Shown: in pieces, positions 36,685 to 49,484 of the stretch
Layout: every line of letters starts with the position of its first letter
Position numbering within the stretch: the stretch's first letter is position 1
Source: Chiloscyllium plagiosum
Taxonomy: Eukaryota
Length of the DNA: 64,000 bases
NCBI RefSeq assembly: GCF_004010195.1
Contig: NC_057752.1
Location: 11,116,211 to 11,180,210, forward strand
Direction: 5' to 3'
The notes under the pieces: generated by a model
The model's input: only the letters and a program-made list of their open reading frames with translations
What the model was told of the DNA's origin: nothing
Databases searched by the model: none
Program-made: the position numbers and the translations under genes

Positions 36685-37856
36685 GCGTGGAAGGAATTGG
36701 GAGAATGGGATGGCGTTTTTACAGGGGGCAGGATGGGAGGAGGTGTAGTCCACTAACACCTTCCACCCCAACCTCAAATTCACCTGGACAGTCTCGGACT
36801 CCTCCCTCCCCTTCCTAGACCTTTCTGTTTCTATCTCAGGCGACCGAATCAACACGGACATCTACTACAAACCAACCGACTCCCACAGCTACCTGGACTA
36901 CACCTCCTCCCATCCTGCCCCCTGTAAAAACGCCATCCCATTCTCCCAATTCCTTCGTCTCCGCCGCATCTGCTCCCAGGAGGACCAGTTCAAAATACAT
37001 ACAACACAGATGGCCTCCTTCTTCAAGGACCGCAATATCCCCCCCGACGTGGTCGACGGTACCCTCCACCGCATCTCCTCCACTTCCCGCTCCTCCGCCC
37101 TTGAGCCCCGCCCCTCCAACCGCCACCAGGACAGAACCCCACTGGTCCTCACCTACCACCCCACCAATCTCCATGTACAGCGCATCATCCGCCGTCACTT
37201 CCGCCACCTCCAAACAGACCCCAGCACCAAGGATATATTTCCCTCCCCTCCCCTATCAGCTGTCCGTAGAGACCACTCCCTCCGCGACTCCCTCGTCAGC
37301 AACCTTCTTCACTGTCCTGTGTATCTGTGACTCAAATTTTAGACAACCATGCACCTGATCTCTAATTTCCTTTGTTACACTACACTCCTTAAGACCCTCT
37401 CATTCATTATTAAACTCCTACCTGGATTTGGCTTTCCAAAATGCAAGACGTGACCCTTACTTATGTTAAACTCCACATGTTATTTCTCAGCCCACTTCTG
37501 CTGCCGATCAAGGTACTGCTGCAATTTCTGGTAATGTTCCTCATTGGAACCCTCCTATTTTAGTGTCATCTGCAAACTTACTATCCTTCCAGCCCGGCAC
37601 CGCCTTCCTGGCCTGCAGTCTTCTTCTTGACCTCTCCGCCTCCATCCTACTCCGACCTATCACCCTCACCTTGACCTCTTTCCACCTATCACATTTCCAA
37701 CGCCCCTCCTCCAAGTCCCTCCTCCCTACCTTTTATCTTCTCCTGCTGAACACTCTCTGCTCATTCCTGAAGAAGGGCCTGTGCCCGAAACGTCGAATCT
37801 CCTGTTCCCTGGATGCTGCCTGACCTGCTGTGCTGTTCCAGCAATAAAGTTTCAAC
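36685..37856 (+). mobile_element. Penelope-like element (family 3): RT C-terminus/linker and terminal repeat, with a CR1 scrap between
   Basis: Frame FLDLSVSISGDRINTDIYYKPTDSHSYLDYTSSHPAPCKNAIPFSQFLRLRRICS...PLVLTYHP...RRDHSLRDSLV; - strand CR1 piece at about 37297-37580; terminal repeat at about 37583-37856. Confidence 0.9.
37763..37798 (+). ncRNA. Minimal type I hammerhead ribozyme motif (best-preserved copy)
   Basis: AUUC-CUGAAGA-A-GGGC-cugu-GCCC-GAAA-CG-UC^GAAU; stems I and II fully Watson-Crick; predicted cut after 37794. Confidence 0.82.
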
Positions 37857-37864
37857 TTGTTGAA

Positions 37865-38697
37865 TAAGTAGCACTATTAAAGACAAGTTACTTGAACTCA
37901 TTGTGAGTTGTGTTTACACTGTTGCTTTGTCTCAGCAGTGAAGAGGATATCTAAGATGACATGGCACTGGGGGTGCGGAAGGGGTGGGTGTGCAGATTAT
38001 ACTTCACTGAGTGATGGACTGCTGATTTGGTTTGTATCATCGGGACTAGTTGTAGATGCCAGAAGTTATAAGAATGGTGACAATTCCCTGATCGGGCAGG
38101 TGAACAGCTGCTTTGTTTACAGTACAGGGGCAGAGCTTCCAGACAGCAAGAAAGACAAGGTCCAACTCTCTCACTCTCTTGCCAAAGACTAGAAGACAGC
38201 TAGGTATTCTTTCCCAGCATTTGCTGTAAACTGTTGCCACTAACCAGTGATTGAATAACTTTGCAATTAGTGTGCCAAATGCCCTGTGTCTTCGGCAAAG
38301 AATTGAAATAATTTGGAAATAAGAGAATCGAAGAATAGGAGGTCCTGGTACTATTGAATGGTGTCTCCCCAGTATCATTTTCTCCACCCATAATATCCAT
38401 GTGTGTTTGTTTGTCTGTCTGTCTGTATGTATGTATGTATGTTTAGAGGTTTAAGAATGAGGTTAGACATTCAACTATTAGAGTAGGATGATAATTCATA
38501 TGTTTGTTTGCCTGTGGTTAGAATTGATGTCTTTGTAATAAACAGTTTATTGTTAAGTACAGGAACCTGGTCAGTGTTTACTGTTCACCTGAGACAGGTA
38601 AAGACTTTGAGTACTTTGATTAAATCATTAACTTTTGTGACCACCCCAGGAGTAATGAGGCTCAAGAATCAGCGCTCTTTTCCAAGTGTGTTGTGAC
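37865..38697 (+). repeat. 5' LTR-like repeat (5'-truncated)
   Basis: Colinear diverged direct repeat of about 43085-43880; ends TGTGACA. Confidence 0.7.
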
Positions 38698-40681
38698 AAG
38701 GCATTGGGGACTGTTGTGGGATTATGTTGAAATAGACTATGGAAATTTTGTTGTGGTATTAATAAGTAATATAGGATTAAGAATTGTGTAATTAAGAAAT
38801 GAGGTATAACTATATTTAATGATGCAGTAAGATCATCATTACTTGTGAACAATCTGGCTGACCCTGGGAAAAAAAAGCTTTACATTAGTGAAGTACCAAA
38901 TTTCTCATTAATACAAAAATGTTCTATTTTATTTTAAATTTTTTTTATTTTTGGAAACATTTGTCAACTTGTACTGGACTGTCATACATTGATCCAAATT
39001 ATTATTCCACTGTCTCTAAAATGGTTAAGAATTGGAACAATTTCTTTAACTGTAATCACTCTTCATGCTGATTAACTGCTTAGCTTGCTTGATGAAAGAC
39101 TATTGCTGGACACCAGAGATCCTCTAGAACATAGATCAGAGCTAAAGTAACATTGGGAAAGGAAAAAGTCTATGTCACGGAGATGATGGACATTTGTGAA
39201 TAACTTCCTTTGAGCTCAAGTTATTTCCCCTATGAGCACAAAATCTGGGCCATGACCAAGTATATTCATCATATACATGTCCACTTGTTGCACTGTCATT
39301 ATCCATGAATACATTATTTTAAACATGATTGTTTTAAATCTTGGATACAGTAAACATCACAGAAAATTCTTACATGTCCATATTGTTAACCTGAGATGTG
39401 AACATATCAATCACTTCTGCACATGTTAGAATCTATGTCATGTATTTCTGGGAGCCTTAGAAGGCCAACCATGAATTAAACAGTGGACAATAAAATATAA
39501 TGACACTGGAAACTGTGAAAAACTTCCTGCAGGTGGCAGAGTTGTCCCTCACAGATTTAAAAATAAAATTACAAAAGCTAGCTTAATTGAATTAGCAAGT
39601 AAATTGGGAGCAGAATGGCCTTCTGAAGCTAACGAGGCAGACAGCATTTAGATTTAGGAGAAATATCTGGAGGCTACCACTATTTGATGAACAACCATCC
39701 ATTTTTTTGTCTGCAGGTCTGTGAGCCTGTCTCCATTTCCTCATGAGAACTCCATTTCTAATTTAATAATGGTCTGGAACTCCTTGAGCTTCAACTTCAG
39801 TATGAGCTGTGTCTGTTAACTAGCTTAACTCAGAATCTGCCTCCTGAGCATTAATAAAGACATGCCAAACACTTCTTTTGAATTATCCAGAGTTTTGGCT
39901 ACCCTAACATAAGCTTGTGGTATTAGGGTAACCTCTGGTGATAGACTTTGTTTAGCAATTGCCTTGGTCAGTACACATGATAGAAAGAATACCTCAAACC
40001 TATTCTTGCAACTTTTCTGTCTCCTTAGCCTCGCTCTGACTTTTCACAATTATGGGTAAATGTATAACTTTTACTCCTGCCAAATCATTCCTTAGGAATA
40101 AATCAATTCATTCCATGGATAATTCCTTTACAACCCTGACCACCACTGGTCCAGGCAACAAGTCACACTCTAATTGGATTTTTGTACAATAAAACGGGAT
40201 ATACTCTCACTTATCTTATTGACTAACATTTTGACTTTCATTGAACTCTGGAGGATGTTGGAAACAATAAGACTAAGGTAGAAGGTGAGCTAAATAGTTC
40301 TCAGAGCGATCCTCTGACAATCTGACTGCCCAAATATGGAAATACTGGATCAGAGACACTGTGGTTGTCACATTTAGAGCAAGGACAATGGGAATATCTT
40401 GTAAGGCAATTTAAGAAGCATAACATCATCGATAGATATGCATCTGGATGTACTACATTATCTCGACATTTTACGGGTGTAGAAGAGTCAGATGAATAAA
40501 ACCTAATCCTTATTGAGCCCAGAGAAAAAACTCGATGCTGGTTGAGGTTCAATACATGCTGGAAAATCGTTGATTAAATCTAGCCACAGCAGGTGAAGTT
40601 CAATGGTAGTATTGTTTTTTTAAATTTACTCATGGGATGTGGACGTCACTGACTGGCCAGCATTTATTGACCGTTCCGGAT

Positions 40682-41318
40682 TGTCGAGAGTGTGGTGCTG
40701 GAAAAGCACAGCAGGTCAGGCAGCATCCAAGGGGCAGGAGAATCGACGTTTCAGGCATAAACCCTTCATCAGGAATGAGGCTTGTGGGCCTGGGGAGCTG
40801 AGGGATAAATGGTGGGAATATGATAGGTAGATGAATGTGGGGGTGAAAGTGATAGGTCAGAGAGGAAGGTGGAGCAGATAGGTGGGAAGGAGGATGGACA
40901 GGTCAAGAGGGCGGTGTCGAGTTGGAGGCTTGGGCCTGGGATAAGGTGGGGGGAGGAGAAATGAGGAAACTGGTGAAATCCACATTGATCCCATGTGGTC
41001 CCAAGGCAGAAGATGAGCTGTTTTTCCTCCAGATGTTGGGTAGTTAGGGTTTGGCGATGGAGGAGGCCCAGGGCCTGCATGCCCTTGGCAGAGTGGAAGG
41101 GGGAGTTGAAGTGTTCAGCCACAGGGCGGTAGGGTTGGTTGGTGCAGGTGTCCCAGAGATGTGCTCTGAAACGAGCGGCAAGTTGGCATCCTGTCTCACT
41201 GATGTAGAGGAGACCACATCAGGTGCAACTGATGCAATAGATGATGTGTGTGGAGGTACAGGTAAATTTCTGACGGATGTGGAAGGATCCTTTGGGGCTT
41301 TGGACGGAGGTGAGGGGG
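40682..41318 (-). mobile_element. Penelope-like element (family 3): GIY-YIG region and terminal repeat
   Basis: Minus frame IIYCISCT*CGLLYISETG..RFRAHL..VAEHFNSP..LEEKQLIFCLGT. Confidence 0.88.
40741..40776 (-). ncRNA. Minimal type I hammerhead ribozyme motif
   Basis: AUUC-CUGAUGA-A-GGGU-uuau-GCCU-GAAA-CG-UC^GAUU; core intact, stems weakened. Confidence 0.65.
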
Positions 41319-42994
41319 GACTGCCCTTGAGAGGGTGGTGGTGAGCTGCCTTCTTGAACCGCTGCAGTCCATGTGCTGTATGTTGAACCATAATGCCCCT
41401 AGGAGGAGAATTTCAGGATTATGACCCAGTGACACTGAAGGACCAGTGATATATTTCCAAGCCAGGATGGTGACTTGCAAGGGGTGGTGTTCCATGTATC
41501 TGCTGCCCTTGTCCTTCTAGATGGAAGTGGTCATGTGTTTGGAAGGTGTTGTCTGAGCATCTTTGGTGAATTTCTGCACTGCGTCTTATAGATTGTCTGT
41601 GGTGGAGGGAGTAGATGCTTGTGCATGTGGTGCCAAATAAGTGGGCTGCTTTTTCCTGATTGGTGTTAAGCATCTTGAGCATTGTTGGAGCTGCACCCAT
41701 CCACTCAAGTGGAGTGTTCCATCACACTCCTGTCCTGTGCCTTATTGGTGGGCCTGGGAATACTTGCCACAGTATTCCTAGCCTCTGACCTGCTCCTGTA
41801 GCCATTGTGTTTATTTGGCAAGTCCAGTTTCTGGTCATTGGTAACCCCAATGATGTTGATGGTGGGGGTATTCAGTGATGGTAACACCGTTGGATGTCAA
41901 GAGGCAGTGGTTAGATTGTCTCTTATTGGAGATAGTCATTGCCTAGCATTTGTATGGTGTGAATGTTACTTGATACTTGCCAGCCCAAACCTGGATATCA
42001 TTCATATCTTGTTGCACTTGAAATAGATTCCTTCAGTTCCTGAGGAGTCGTGAATTGTGCTGAACATTGTGCAATTATTAGCAAACATGCCCACTTCTGA
42101 CCTTATGATGGAGGAAAAGTCATTGATGAAGCAGCTGAAGATGATTGGGCCGAGTACACTACCCTGAGGAACTCATGCAGAGATGTCTTGGAGCTGAGAT
42201 GATTGTCCTCTGACAACAGCAACCATCTTCCTATGTGTCAGGTATGACTCCAACCAGCAGAGAATTTTCCCCCTGATTCCCATTGATACCAGGTCCCTAA
42301 ACTGGAAGGATCAACTACATTCTGGATAGATTATAGAAAGGTAAACAGTTAAAACACAAATTCATCCCCAATTCCATAGTTAGAAGACTGTATTGATAAG
42401 GTTGGCAATAGCTCATTCCTTTCTAAGATTGATCTATTGAGGAGGTACTGGCAAGTGCCATCAAGATTAAGGGCTAAAGAGATATACATTTTTGTCACAC
42501 CAAATGGATTAAACCAATAATTGTTTTAAAACATGCCACAGCTACTCCAAAGAGTTGCAAATCAATTTGTAACTGATGTACCTAACTGTACAGTTTATTT
42601 AGACCATCTTATAATATGCAGTAACACATGGAAAAAGCATGGAAGATAGTCCTTAGAAATGAACCAGAGTTAGCTGCCTCTGACTTTACAAAATCTTTTA
42701 ACTTTGTGATTGATGCCAGTGATTTGGGGGTAGGTTTAGTTTTGTTGCAAGATGATGAGTAGGGAGTAGACAAACTAGTGGGATTTTTCCAGAAACTAAA
42801 CCAATGGGGTAATTACCTAAGAAACTAAACCAATATCACAGAAAGTAGAAAATAGATTTTGGGATTATTATTGGTTCTTCAACATGTTGAAGTCTATGCC
42901 TGACATAATAGTGTATTTGTTGCTTATGCGTCGCATATTTTGTGATAACACACATTTTGGAAATGGTGTTTCATCTCCGGTAAAGATGGGGGCA

Positions 42995-43880
42995 TGTAAA
43001 AACACATTTTTGATTTTACTCTATTTTTGATTGCTGATTTAAAATGGAAAGTACTGTTTTGCATCAAGGAATGTGGAAGGAGTTGCTGCACTTTTAAAAA
43101 CAAGTGACTGGAACTCATTGTGAGTTATGTTTACACTGCTGCTTTGTTCCAGCAGTGGGGAAGATGTGTAAGATGCCGTGGCACTGGGGTGTGTTCAGAG
43201 TGAGCTTTGCCGAGCGACAGATTGCTGATTGGTTTGTGGAATTGTGACCAGCTGTGGATGCTAGAAGTCATCCGCATGGCAACAACTCGCTGATTGGTCC
43301 TAGGTGTTTGTGAACGATAGAGAAAGAGAAACCTCCAGACTGCAGAAGAGACAAGGACTTGCACTCTCTTACTCTCCCTCACTCACTGTCACAACCTGGA
43401 AGACATCTAGATATGCACTCCCACTAGTTGCTGTGAGCTGTTGCATGCAACCAGTGACTCAAAGACTTTACATTTTGTACGTCAACTACTCTGTGTCCCT
43501 CCGCAGAGAGTTGGAAGGATCTTGAAATAGGGAGATCATGGGAAACAAAAATGGTACATCATGAAATCCTATGGACTGGTGCTATTGAACTGCTACCCCG
43601 TTATCCTTCTCTCTATGTTTATTTGCTTGCCTCTGTCTATCTGTGTGTATAAGGGTTCAAAGAGGAAGTTGAGAATTTCACCAGCAGAGTGATGCTGATA
43701 ATTCATATTTTAGTCTGTCTGTGGTAAGAATTAATTTGTTTATAATAATTGTCATTATTATATGCTGTGGATGCTGGTACTTGTCCATCAGACAGTTAAA
43801 TTGCGGACTTTGATTAAATGTTTAGCTTTTGTGACGATGTCAGGAGTCAAGCTTGAGAATCGATGCACTTTTCCAAGTGA
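42995..43880 (+). repeat. 3' LTR-like repeat
   Basis: Starts TG just after the purine tract; direct repeat of 37865-38697. Confidence 0.7.
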
Positions 43881-43889
43881 CTATGTTTT

Positions 43890-44450
43890 CTGTCGTTAAC
43901 TGGTCCTCTATCCTGCTAAATGATCACCCCAACCCCATGAACCTTATGTTTTGAATTAACCTTTTGGTATGGCACCATATTGAGTGTCTTTTGGAAAAGC
44001 AAGCACTGATTCCCCAATATCTACTCTACTAGTTATCTGCTCGAGCATCACTCATAAATTTGCTAAACCCGATTTCCCTTTCATGAACATGTGGACTTGC
44101 TCTAATCATACTAGTTTTCTAAGGCTGCCTTAATAATACGTTCCAGCATTTTCCCAATGATTGATGGATGCCTGACGGGCTGTGCACTGTTTACTTTCTC
44201 CCTTCCTTCTTGACAAGTGGTGTTTCTTTTGCTGACTTCAAATTTGCTGTGACTGTTGTAGACCATTGTAGGGAGCTTTAGAAAATCGTTCCCACAATCT
44301 CTGCAGGTGACTGTTTTGAAACCTGAGGACGGTGGGCCATTAGGTCCTGGAGATTTGTCAGATTGTAGTTTCTGCAATATTTCTTCTCTGCTGATTTTAA
44401 TTAGCTTTAATTTCCTCACTCTCATTTATCCCTTGGTTCCCTCTACTTCT
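43890..44450 (-). mobile_element. Old CR1 RT fragment
   Basis: Minus ORF LQSDKSPGPNG..SIIGKMLERIIK. Confidence 0.75.
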
Positions 44451-44969
44451 GCAACAATGTGTAATCAAATACAATACACAATAAGAGCTGGATTGCAGTG
44501 ATTTAATATGGAGATTAGAAGAAATGTAAAAGCAAGTAAAATTGTTCACAACAGAAGTATAAAGAAACAAAAAAATTGCAGGGAGGATAATTGTTAACTA
44601 TGGCTCACTAGCTAGAGATGTGGATAAAGGAGCTTGGTGGCTGTGGGGGGAGTGTTGGGGAAATTAATGAGGAGGACTGGAACTGACTTCAAAAGAAGCC
44701 AATGGTTATTCAAGCTCTATTCTCCTGCTGCTTTGACATGTTGTTTCTTTGCGTATTGCTGGCACAGACTTTGCTGGTTTATTTGGGGGACCCATTAAAG
44801 TTCAGAGCCAATGTAAAGGATGAAAACCCATTGTACCGAGTCTCCATCCCCATTTTCTGACCCTTTTGGATGGGCAAAGCACATTCCCCAGGAGAAATGT
44901 TCGGGAAGATCTGGGTCATAAATATTGAACTAACTAACCTTAGTCGCAGTAACTATGATTGAACACACT

Positions 44970-45605
44970 TCACAGAATCCCGACTTTGTGGAAGCAGGCC
45001 ATTCAACAGCCACTGAAGAGCATCCCACTCAGACCTACCCCTGCATTGCCCATGGCTAATCTACCTCGCCTGCACACCCCTAGACACTATGGGCAATTTA
45101 GCATGGCCAATCCACCATCTGCAGACTGTGGGAGGAATCTGGAGCACCCGGAAGAAACCCATGCAGACGTGGTGAGAATGTACAACTGCCTATGTGGAGT
45201 TTGCACAATTAGATTAGATTCCCTACAATATGGAAACAGGCCCTTCGGCCCAACAAGTCCACACTGACCCTTCGAAGAGTAACCCACCCAGACCCATTCC
45301 CCTACCCTATATTTACCCCTGACTAATAACCTACACTACGGGCAATTTAGCATGGCCAATACACTTGACCTGCACATCTTTGGACTGTGGGAGGAAACCG
45401 GAGTAGCCAGAGGAAACCCACGCAGACATGAGGAGAATGTGTAAACTCCATACAGTCACCTGAGGCTGGAATCGAGCCCAGAACCCTGGCGCTGTGAGTC
45501 GGTAGTGCTAACCTCTGAGCCACCATGCCACCCCAATGATAAAATCAAATCTGGGTCTCTGGTGCTGTGAGTCGGCAGTGCTCGCCATTGAGCCCACCGT
45601 GCTGC
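44970..45605 (-). mobile_element. Two nested HE1 SINEs
   Basis: Older copy at about 44970-45190 and 45540-45605 split by a younger copy at about 45208-45533. Confidence 0.85.
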
Positions 45606-45915
45606 TACTTTACTAAGTTTTGTAACAGAACATCTTGTTCACAAGAGCTGCTTTTTAGCAGCATGTTGTCTAAGACAACAGTGCAATGATTGGACAAATA
45701 TTTATTGAGAATTCATATTCCTGGGAATATTTTCAAAATATTCAGTCCAGTGGTGCACAAGATATTTATGCAGCCATTCATTTTAGAGTCCTACATTTCA
45801 AGATTAAACAAACTAATTTCATGTTACTGGTCACCTTCAAATTAAGTTCATTATTCGCATTCTGTTCCCTGTTATGTGATAAGGCAGATCAATTTTTTTC
45901 TTTCAGTGATGTACA

Positions 45916-45969
45916 ATGGAAACTGGCAGTCTGACAGAGCAGTGTGACGCTTTGTCTATCGTTAAGCAG
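45916..45969 (+). CDS. Candidate first coding exon of an unidentified gene (METGSLTEQCDALSIVKQ)
   Basis: Acceptor tttttttctttcAG| (exon from 45907), in-frame upstream TGA, Kozak ACAATGG, donor CAG|GTATGA, phase 0; lies in unique sequence. Confidence 0.5.
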
Positions 45970-46734
45970 GTATGACACTTCTCCTCTTTATTATTCTTTT
46001 CATCCTATTTGAAAGTGTAAAATATCTACTTTTTGATTATTATGTTTTTCTTTCCCTAAATTTGTATTAATGTGCTGGCATTCTGAAATAGAAGAATTAC
46101 TTCAATTATTTTGCTCTCAAATGTCCAGTGGAACGTTTGGAACGTACATGCTTTCCCTGGTAATGTAAAAGTCTTTTTACTTTTGAATCATTTTTGCTGT
46201 TTAATTTATTGAAGGAGTACAACTAGGAAAAGATGCAACAACTGAACACGTGGATACTCTTAGGGGTCGTGATATGTGTTGTGACACTGAGTGGTAGGAT
46301 TTAGCTTTTTCCCGGGATTCTAATGTGAGTTTCTAATTGCAATTATGCTATTGTGAGGAAGAAACAAATCAGGTTTGGATACTATTTATGTCAAGTGCCC
46401 TCCGGTTCTCTCCTCAGGGAAGGGAAAGAAGGAGAATTGGAATCTTTTTGGAACATGTTTTGATGAGATGGAAAATCTCGAGCTGAGGAGCTAATTACAT
46501 AGACTATAAACCAACAATGGCCTTTGTGCACCTCTGTTGCAGACCCCTGGAGACTAATAACTTGGTAGAACCAAAACTTTCTAAACAATCCCAATGGAAG
46601 AAATTGATGGACAAGATTTCACTATTTAAAACCTTTACTGTAATAATCAATACTGCAGCAACTGAAATTTAAGTAGGAACTAGCAGTCAAATTATGTTCA
46701 ATAAAAACTATAATTTGCATTATAAATAGGTAAT

Positions 46735-47600
46735 AGTGAGGTGAAAGTGACCGCCCTTGAGATCAAGGCTGCATTTAACGGAGTGTGGCATCAGGGAACT
46801 CTAGCAAAATTGGTGTCACTGGGAATCTGGGGAAAACTCTCTGCTGGTTGGAATTATGCCTGGTAGAAAGGAAGATATTGCGTTTGTTGGGGGCCATCAT
46901 ATCAGCTCCATCTCTGCAGGAGTTCCTCAGGGTAGTGTCCTGGGCCCAACCATCTTCAGCTGCTTCATCCTAAGGTCAGAAGTGGGGATGTTTACCAATG
47001 ATTGTACAATGTTCAGCATAATTCGCGACTTCAGATATTGAAACAGTCTATATCCAAATGCAAAAAGATCTGAACAATATCCAAGTTTGGGTTGACACCA
47101 GCCAATGCCATTGAACAGACATTCATGCTACACAAATGCCAGGCAATGACCCTTGCCAACAAGAGAGAATATAATTATCACCCCTTGATGTTCAATGTCA
47201 TCGCCGTCACTGAATTCCCCACTGTCAACACCCTGGGGGCTATCACTGACCAGAAACTGAACTGGACTCATCATATAAATACAAGAGTAGGTCAGAGGCG
47301 AGGAATCCTGCAGTGAGTAACTCACCTCCTGACTCCCCAAAGGCTGTCTACTATCTACAAGGCACAAGTCAGGAGGGTGATGGAATACTCCCCACTTGCT
47401 CTGGATGGGGGCAGCTCCAACAACATTCAGGAAGCTTAACACCATCCAGTACAAAGCAGCCCACTTGATTGGCACCACATCCACAAACATCCACTCCCTC
47501 CACCAACGACGCTCAGGAGCAGCAGTGTGTACCAACTGCAGAAATTCCCCAAAGATCTAGACAGCACCTTCCAAGCCCAGGACCACTTCCATCTTCTCCT
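46735..47600 (+). mobile_element. LINE family B RT fragment
   Basis: SAGVPQGSVLGPTIFSCFI..MFTNDCTMFS. Confidence 0.88.
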
Positions 47601-47971
47601 GCAAGGGTCAAATTTCTCTCCCCAATGTGGGTGTGGACCCTGATGTCAGGCAGACAGCCACAGTCGAGCCTCTCTGTCCTGTTGTGGGCTGAATTCTCCC
47701 ACAATGAGAAAAAGTGGTGGAATGTGTGAGGTGACAGTGGGTGGCACGGCTGTTAGTGCTGGTGCAGGTCGGAAAGGTGGTGGGATCCACTGACGGATTA
47801 TGGAGGCAGCACAGAGGTCCTGTAGTGAGAGACTGAGAGGGGAGAAAGGATGAGGGAAGGTGTTGCAGACAATAATGAGTGGTACACATTCATTGACCTT
47901 TGGTGGGAGGTAGGTGAAGTTGCAGAGGTAGTGTGCTTGTGAGGTGGCAGAGAGAAGAGTGTGATACTTAC

Positions 47972-48601
47972 CATGGTGAAGCAGAGAAGGTTAATGACCT
48001 TTCTGCAGCACTGCCTGCTGTTTCTTTGCAACCTTGAAAAGGCACTGACCCAGCCAATGAAGTCAGACCCGGCTGCCAGAGTGTAGTGGCATGGCCTCTT
48101 CTAGCAGTCTGGGAAGAACAAAGAGAACAAATGAGGTACAGCACAGGAACAGGCCCTTCGGCCCACCAAGCCTACGCTGACAAACAATGCTTTTCTAAAT
48201 TAAAATCTTTTCACTTCTTTGTGGTTCATATCCCTCTATTCTCTGCCTATTCATATATCTGTCAAGATGCCTTTTGAACATTGCTACTGTATTTGCCTCC
48301 ACCACCTCCTCTGGCAGTGCATTCCAGCCACTTACCAACCTCTGTGTTTTTTAAAAAAGAACTGCCTCTCTTATTTCCTTTAAACTTACCTTAAACCTAT
48401 ATCCCCAGGAAATTGACAGTTCTACCCTTGGAAAAAGTCTCTGACCATTCATTCGCTCCATGCCTCTCCATTTTGTAAACTTCTGTCAGGACACCACTCA
48501 TCCTGCAACATTCAAGTGAACTCTACAGCTCTCCTCTGCACCACCCTGGCCTCCAAGTCCCTGTCGGTGAATTGTGGTGGCATCTTCCACTTCTCTGTCA
48601 T
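47972..48601 (-). pseudogene. Myb/SANT-like first exon of a PIF/Harbinger-type transposon relic, split by a CR1 fragment
   Basis: MTEKWKMPPQFTDRDLEARVVQRR (48601-48525) ... WVSAFSRLQRNSRQCCRKVINLL followed by ATG|GTAAGT donor at 47971. Confidence 0.5.
48115..48520 (-). mobile_element. CR1 3' fragment
   Basis: Resembles about 3800-4350; (TTCTTTG)-like tail on the - strand. Confidence 0.8.
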
Positions 48602-49484
48602 TTTATGAACGTGTCCTTTAACAAGCAGGGCAGCTTCAGAATGCCACTGCTTGGCAGGGGGAAATGCAGCATTTTAATCATGGAGCGTGCAAGAGATGCC
48701 AATGTTTCAGTGGATACCTGGTGACTGGTGTGTTGTTCCAGGAAGAGCACATGGTAAAAGCGGATGCAAGTTGGATTTGAGAGATGCCATAGAGATAGGG
48801 GTAGCAATTAATGTGGCGTGCTTGATAAGATATGGCAAGAAAACTTGTTCATCTTGTGGCGACACTGAAAATAACTTGATGTAACTTGGACTTGGGCAAA
48901 AAACATAGGGCACAGCCCTTAGTCCCAATGCAAAAGTGACTTAAATGTTTTCAACAAGCTCTGCAAATCAGTTATAAAGGGCTCTCTGACAAGTCTGTCA
49001 AGGATTAATATTTTGCCCCCACTCTTGTTTTGGCTGCCAAGAAAAATGATGGTGCTAGATACTTAGATTCAGAGTCTGAGAAGTGGAAAGAGAGTGTTTG
49101 TATAATACAGACCCCTGCAAGCATCCTTCAGTAAAAGTTTAAATGTTGCCAGTTTAGTCTCAATTGCTGTTAGTGTTTGAAAAGCATACCCGTGCAGCAA
49201 AATGCTTGCAACTTCTAAAAAAAACTTCGTTAATCTAATCTATAAGATACAAAAGCAAATTAAGACTGCAGATCCTGAGTGGGAGCACTCTGCCCTGATT
49301 TAACTGGGATTAAATCTGCCTCTTCTTGCCCATATTGGAAACCTTAACTGCTTAGTGTGCAAGTGTCTACAGAGTCCTGATAAGATTGTTGTGCACTTGG
49401 TGATCTCAGGATAACCTCTCCTTTGCATTTCTAATATTCAGTTTAATGTTTTGAGTGAATTGCCTAAATGAGAAACTGTTAAGT

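Larger units (their letters stand above)
40615..42290 (-). mobile_element. LINE family B nested in the gypsy element, split by a PLE
   Basis: Reverse complement resembles about 2650-3740. Confidence 0.85.
37865..43880 (+). mobile_element. Degenerate Ty3/gypsy LTR retrotransposon
   Basis: RT residues IDYRKVN, LEDCIDKVG..FLSKIDLLRRYWQVP, FVTPNG, VYLDH and RNase H residues DFTKSF..IDASDLGVGLVLLQ at about 42290-42900; gag-like ETVKNFLQVAELSLTDL..KASLIELASKLG at about 39500-39620; purine tract AAAGATGGGGG at 42982-42992 before TGTAA. Confidence 0.8.

Noticed and set aside
39526..39539. CTCF-like CCTGCAGGTGGCAG
   Set aside because: Single motif match lying in the gypsy gag remnant; no independent support.
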